Assembly (NCBI GenBank): GCA_039096225.1
Contig: JBBPEB010000006.1
Location: 868,001-932,000 of the forward strand
Reading direction: 5' to 3'
DNA from: Blastocystis sp. Blastoise
Taxonomy: Eukaryota; Protista; Bigyra: Opalinata
Length of the DNA: 64,000 bases
The notes under the pieces: model-generated
Told to the model about the DNA's origin: nothing
The model's database searches: none
Seen by the model: the letters and a program-made list of their open reading frames with translations, nothing else
Translations under genes and position numbers: made by a program
Part shown: piece by piece, positions 59,459 through 64,000 of the stretch
Layout of the letters: each line of letters opens with the position of its first letter
How positions within the stretch are numbered: the stretch's first letter is position 1

Positions 59459-59603
59459 ATTTAGAATGAAATTGAAAAATATATTTGAAATGAATAATAG
59501 TAATATGCCTTGTTATAATACTATTCAAAAACGAATTATTCCTAAATTATATGATGAACGTCTTCAATATGTAAAAATGAGTTTAGATAAATGTCCTCTA
59601 GCT

Positions 59604-59796
59604 CAGTGACTTCCAAAAGGCCCTTTTTTTTTGCGGTGCCGCAATTGTCACAGAAAAATGTGACACTTTTGTTAATTTTTGACAGTGTAAAAATATTTAT
59701 TATTATATTAAGTCATATTAAGTCTGACTTAAAGTGACTTTATGTGACTGTCAAAAAAAGTCACCGCAAGTGTCACAAAAAGTCGGGAAGGCACTG
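59604..59796. mobile_element. 193-bp hAT-type MITE, CAGTG family
   Basis: TIR CAGTGACTTCC / GGAAGGCACTG (10 of 11 match); perfect 8-bp TSD CTCTAGCT at 59596-59603 and 59797-59804. Confidence 0.92.
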
Positions 59797-60861
59797 CTCT
59801 AGCTGTTCTATGTGATTCTTCTACTTCAGATGCTGGTTCTAATTATTTATCAATAATCGTAAGAAGATTGAATTCTTTCAATTTGAATGAACCTTTCTAC
59901 TTAATAAACTTGAAAAGAATGGAAAATCAAAAATCAAATAATTATCTTTCTATCATTCAAGATACATTAGAAGAATGGAATATTAAGAGAAAACAATTTA
60001 AATCGTTTCATACAGATAACTGTAATACTATGCGAAATGCTGGTAATAATTATGAATCGATTTTTAGTGATGGAATTTATTGTGGATGTTTTATGCATAT
60101 GATTAATCTAGTAGCTGAAAAACTAAAAGATGGTTTTATTAATACGAAATCATTCATTAATCTCATTAATTCATCATTTCGTTTCTTTAGAAAGAAAAAT
60201 GATTTATGGTTATCCTTTCTTAATATAAATAATCTTCCTTCTTCTTCTTTCTTTTCTTATGTTGAAACACGATGGATATCTTGGTATAAATCATTAAGAT
60301 ATATTTTGAAACATTTTAAATATTTGAAATCATTCTATGAATATTTAGAAACATTGGATATGTTAAGTGAAAAAGATAAAGAAATATTGAATATTCTTCA
60401 AGATAATCAATTATCTTCTTCTTTACATATCGAAATGTCGATTCTCTTGAAGAGTGGAATAATGTTTGAAGAAATATTAAAATTATTATCCAATGATAAT
60501 TTTCAATGTTGTAATGTTTCTAGTTTGATAGATGAAATTGAAGAAGAATTGAAGAATTCAAAAGATAATATAATTATGATAGTGAATGAAATATGCAAAG
60601 AAAATAATTTATCAAATGTTCAATCTTCATTTATTCAAGAATATAAGAAAAGTATATTTATTATTTATTATTAATTTATATTTTATAGGTTTTACGAATA
60701 CATTATTAAAATTGAAAGAAATCAAAACAGTGAATAAGAAACAAATGATATTTTATAATGAAGTAAAACATTTTAATCCTTTCTTAATGTCTTCTTCATT
60801 TCCTTCTTTCACTTTATCTTTATTTTTAAATATTGAAAAGAAAGATTATTTATTATGTGTT

Positions 60862-60958
60862 TAGAGCGGTTCAAAAGTTGCGGCAAAAGTTGCGACAAGT
60901 TGCGACAAGTTGTGAAATTTGTCACAACTCGATTTGTCGCAACTTTTAAACCGCTCTA
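60862..60958. mobile_element. 97-bp hAT-type MITE, TAGAG family
   Basis: TIRs TAGAGCGGTTCAAAAGTTGCG / CGCAACTTTTAAACCGCTCTA; TSD TATGTGTT / TATGTATT (7 of 8 match). Confidence 0.88.
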
Positions 60959-61599
60959 TATGTATTCAAAAATGAAAGATTTCATGAAAATGAAAAGAAA
61001 ACAAACGAATACAAATACTATAAACAAAAGTGATATAACTCTAGTTTTCTCTTCTTCAACAAATTCCATTTATTTCTAATATGCTTCATTTATTCTTCAA
61101 CTATCTTCTACTACTATTAACAAAAACATTTCTATCATTCATGTTTTTTTGCATACACAGAAAGAAATTGTTCTGGTGAAAATTTATATAGACATTTATT
61201 TTTCTATGTGAATTCGGAAATCCAAAAAATACTCAAAATGATTCAATTCATATTGAAGATAAATTTTAAAAAATTGATGTTTCATTCAGATAACAATAGA
61301 AGATGATAAAAAAAATATCACGTGTACATGAAACTGATGTTTATGAAAGAAATTTCTATTTAAATAGTGTTTATCTGATTCTCTTGATGATATTTTATCG
61401 TTATTTAAAAATAGTTTTCTACTTTTAGCAATGTTTTTGAAATCAATCTTAATAATTTTCATAATATGTGATATATATATTTTTTTGATAATTAATAAAT
61501 ATATAGGTTTGCTATATATAAAAATATAAAAAAAATAGTTGTCACAACTTTTGAGTCACACCAGTACAAATCTAGAATAATAATTTTGTGCGTTTAATT

Positions 61600-61649
61600 T
61601 AGAGCGGTTCAAAAGTTGTAAAGATTGTCGCAACTTTTGAACCGCTCTA
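61600..61649. mobile_element. 50-bp minimal TIR element, TAGAG family
   Basis: Perfect 19-bp inverted repeats TAGAGCGGTTCAAAAGTTG with a 12-bp spacer; flanks GTTTAATT / AATTAATT (6 of 8 match). Confidence 0.75.
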
Positions 61650-61877
61650 AATTAATTTTGTATTCCATAATCTCATTTTATTTTTTAAGTAAGAAATATA
61701 TATTATGTATAAAGATTTTTTTACATTGAATTTAAAAATAAATAGTGAAAAACAAACAATTGAAAAGTAAAACAAAATAGAAGATAATATTATGGTTATA
61801 ACTCAGAATACATATAATACTTATAAAAATAACAGCGTAAGAGAAGAAAAAGCATAGAAAAGTGTATATTATATTTT

Positions 61878-64000
61878 TTAATTCTTAGATTTTTTGGTTA
61901 AATATTTAAGAAGTTCTTTATCGGACATGGCCATACGAACTCTTTCTTCATGTCTCTTAATAAGTTCTTCATGAAGATGACCTTGTAATTCTTTACAAGC
62001 TTCAGGATTATTACGTTTAAGAACTTCGTATCTGTTTTGGGCAGCAAGGAAATCTCTTACATCACCCTTAAGGTTCTTGAAATCAAGTTGGAAGGGATTC
62101 TTACCTTGAGCAGCTCTACGAGGATCATATCTATAAAGAGGCCAGTAACCAGTTTGAACAGCTTGTTTAGTGAAATCAGAAAGTCTTGACATACCAAGAT
62201 TAGAGGGGAAACCATGTTGTTGACAAGGAGTATAAGCTAAGATAAGAGCAGGACCATCATAACTTTCAGCTTCTTGTAAAGCCTTTACAGTTTGTCTCAT
62301 ATCAGCACCAATAGCAATAGAAGCTACATAAACGTTCTTATAGTTCATAGCAATTCTACCAAGATCTTTCTTGAAAAGAGGTTTACCACCAGCAGCAAAT
62401 TTAGCAACAGCACCCATTTGAGTAGCCTTAGATTGTTGACCACCAGTATTAGCATACATTTCAGTATCTAAAACTAAGATTCTAACTCTATCACCAGAAG
62501 CAAGAACATGATCTAAACCACCGAAACCAATATCATAAGCCCAACCATCACCTCCAAAGATCCAAGTAGTAACCTTAGGAACCATATCAAGATAATCATA
62601 AACAGCCTTAAGAGCAGGATGAGAATCCTTAACCTTTTCCATAATAGCAGGAGCTTGATAACTTAATTCTCTACATTTATCAGCATCATCCTTATTAGCT
62701 AACCAAGATTCAAGGAAACTTTGAACTTCAGCAGTCTTAGGAACAGAATTATCAAGAGCAGCTTCAACGTTATGTTCTAATCTACGTCTACGAAGTTGAG
62801 CAGATTTAGTTATACCGAAACCATATTCAGCATTATCTTCAAATAAAGAACAACCTTGAGCGGGACCTTGACCATGTTCATTCTTAGTATAAGGAATAGC
62901 ACCATAAGTACCAGACCAAACAATAGAACAACCCATAGCATCAGCTAATAAGAGACGATCACCATAAAGTTGAGTAAGTAATTTAACATATTGAGGTTCA
63001 CCACAACCAGCACAAGCACCATTAAATTCAGTCATAGGAGCTTGGAATTGAGATCCTCTTACAGTATATTTATCAGTAAGGCTACCCTTATTCTTAACAT
63101 TAAGTAAATAGTCCCAATGAGAGCTTTCTCTATCAGATACTTCAGAAAGAGGAGTCATAGTAAGAGATTTAGTAGGACAAGCATTAGCACATACTTCACA
63201 ACCAGTACAATCAAGAGCAGAAGCTTGAATATTGAATTTTAATCCTTCAAATTCATCACCCATAGCATCAAGGTATTTAAGAGTCTTAGGAGCATTCTTT
63301 ACTTCATTAGAATCAAGAAGGAAAGGACGAATGACGGAATGAGGACACATGATAGAACAAGTATTACATTGAGTACAGCTTTCAGGTTCCCATACAGGAA
63401 CAACATTAGCAAATCCTCTCTTTTCATATTTAGATGTTTCAGAAACATGTCTGGAACCAGCAACGAATTTAGATACAGGAAGATCATCACCTTCTAATAA
63501 AGTAGTAGGATACATGATATCTTTATAATATTCAGGAACAGAAGAAGGGAAAACACGAAGAGGTTTCTTATCAAGAGAAGCCCAAGATTCAGGATAAGTG
63601 ATTTCAACTAAACGATCACCAGCTTCTTGCATAGCCTTAATGTTCATATCAATAACAGATTGACCTTTCTTATAATATCGTTTCTTAATATTAGCAGCTA
63701 AAAGATCAGAAGCTTTTTCTTGAGGAAGAACATTAGATAATTTGAAGAAAACAGCTTGCATAACCATATTAATACGTTGTCTAAGACCAACTTCTTGAGC
63801 AACCTTAGTAGCATCAATAGTATAGAATTTTAAGTGTTTTTCAGCAATGGTCTTCTTAAGATTATTAGGAAGATTAGCATTAAGTTCTTCAACAGTCTTC
63901 CAAGGAGCATTAAGAACAAAAGTACCACCTTCCTTAACATTCTTAAGCATATCATATTTATGAACATAAGAAGATAAATGACAACCAATATAATCAGCAT
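61878..64000 (-). CDS. PFO: Pyruvate:ferredoxin oxidoreductase, C-terminal part (5' end outside the window)
   Basis: Two ferredoxin motifs CTQCNTCSIMCP and CTGCEVCANACP, GACAGCGE, SLFEDNAEYG, TPP motif GGDGWAYDIG..NTGGQ, GYWPLYRYDP. No intron in 2.1 kb. Confidence 0.97.
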   Translation of the reverse strand, partial: ADYIGCHLSSYVHKYDMLKNVKEGGTFVLNAPWKTVEELNANLPNNLKKTIAEKHLKFYTIDATKVAQEVGLRQRINMVMQAVFFKLSNVLPQEKASDLLAANIKKRYYKKGQSVIDMNIKAMQEAGDRLVEITYPESWASLDKKPLRVFPSSVPEYYKDIMYPTTLLEGDDLPVSKFVAGSRHVSETSKYEKRGFANVVPVWEPESCTQCNTCSIMCPHSVIRPFLLDSNEVKNAPKTLKYLDAMGDEFEGLKFNIQASALDCTGCEVCANACPTKSLTMTPLSEVSDRESSHWDYLLNVKNKGSLTDKYTVRGSQFQAPMTEFNGACAGCGEPQYVKLLTQLYGDRLLLADAMGCSIVWSGTYGAIPYTKNEHGQGPAQGCSLFEDNAEYGFGITKSAQLRRRRLEHNVEAALDNSVPKTAEVQSFLESWLANKDDADKCRELSYQAPAIMEKVKDSHPALKAVYDYLDMVPKVTTWIFGGDGWAYDIGFGGLDHVLASGDRVRILVLDTEMYANTGGQQSKATQMGAVAKFAAGGKPLFKKDLGRIAMNYKNVYVASIAIGADMRQTVKALQEAESYDGPALILAYTPCQQHGFPSNLGMSRLSDFTKQAVQTGYWPLYRYDPRRAAQGKNPFQLDFKNLKGDVRDFLAAQNRYEVLKRNNPEACKELQGHLHEELIKRHEERVRMAMSDKELLKYLTKKSKN

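Larger units (their letters stand above)
59459..61260 (+). pseudogene. Decayed hAT transposase interrupted by two MITEs
   Basis: After removing 59604-59804 the frame reads PLAVLCDSSTS (D1), FHTDNCNTM (D2), CFMH (CxxH), VETRWISW. The 3' part after 60966 has stops; the 5' part is missing. Confidence 0.85.

Noticed and set aside
61878-64000. Bacterial contamination or PFO:NADP+ oxidoreductase fusion
   Set aside because: A/T-ending codon usage resembles the host genes, the flank is continuous AT-rich DNA, and the ORF stops right after the TPP domain.

Overview
Very AT-rich, intron-dense eukaryotic DNA. An intronless pyruvate:ferredoxin oxidoreductase, GTATAT..ATAG introns filled with TA/ATT microsatellites and genomically encoded stop codons suggest an anaerobic protist, most plausibly an AT-rich Blastocystis-like stramenopile (inference, not proven). 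Host genes reconstructed by hand-splicing: glucosidase II beta subunit (partial), AAAP/SLC38 amino-acid transporter, two tandem SDRs, a rhodanese-like protein, a MORN protein, an ESRP/Fusilli-like qRRM protein, an IBA57/YgfZ-like protein, a cyclin, an Air1/2-like zinc-knuckle protein, a hypothetical protein, a kinase-less Mad3/BubR1 and PFO (partial). 10034-24783 is a hAT transposon (71-bp TIRs, 8-bp TSD) with an apparently intact 8-exon transposase. Its third intron holds a 10.6-kb chimeric Helitron built from two nested Helitrons. 57827-61649 is a decayed hAT transposase hit by several small TIR elements. Most interesting: (1) a tRNA-like cloverleaf with compensatory base changes in both Helitron copies, possibly ending a spliced antisense RNA; (2) a GC-rich quasi-palindromic motif (WTTCCCRYGGGAAW-like) repeated through host exons in different frames; (3) three introns lacking GT, either real or a polishing artefact; (4) an all-phase-1 microexon array at the Helitron RepHel N-terminus. 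All gene models are manual and unverified by RNA data.
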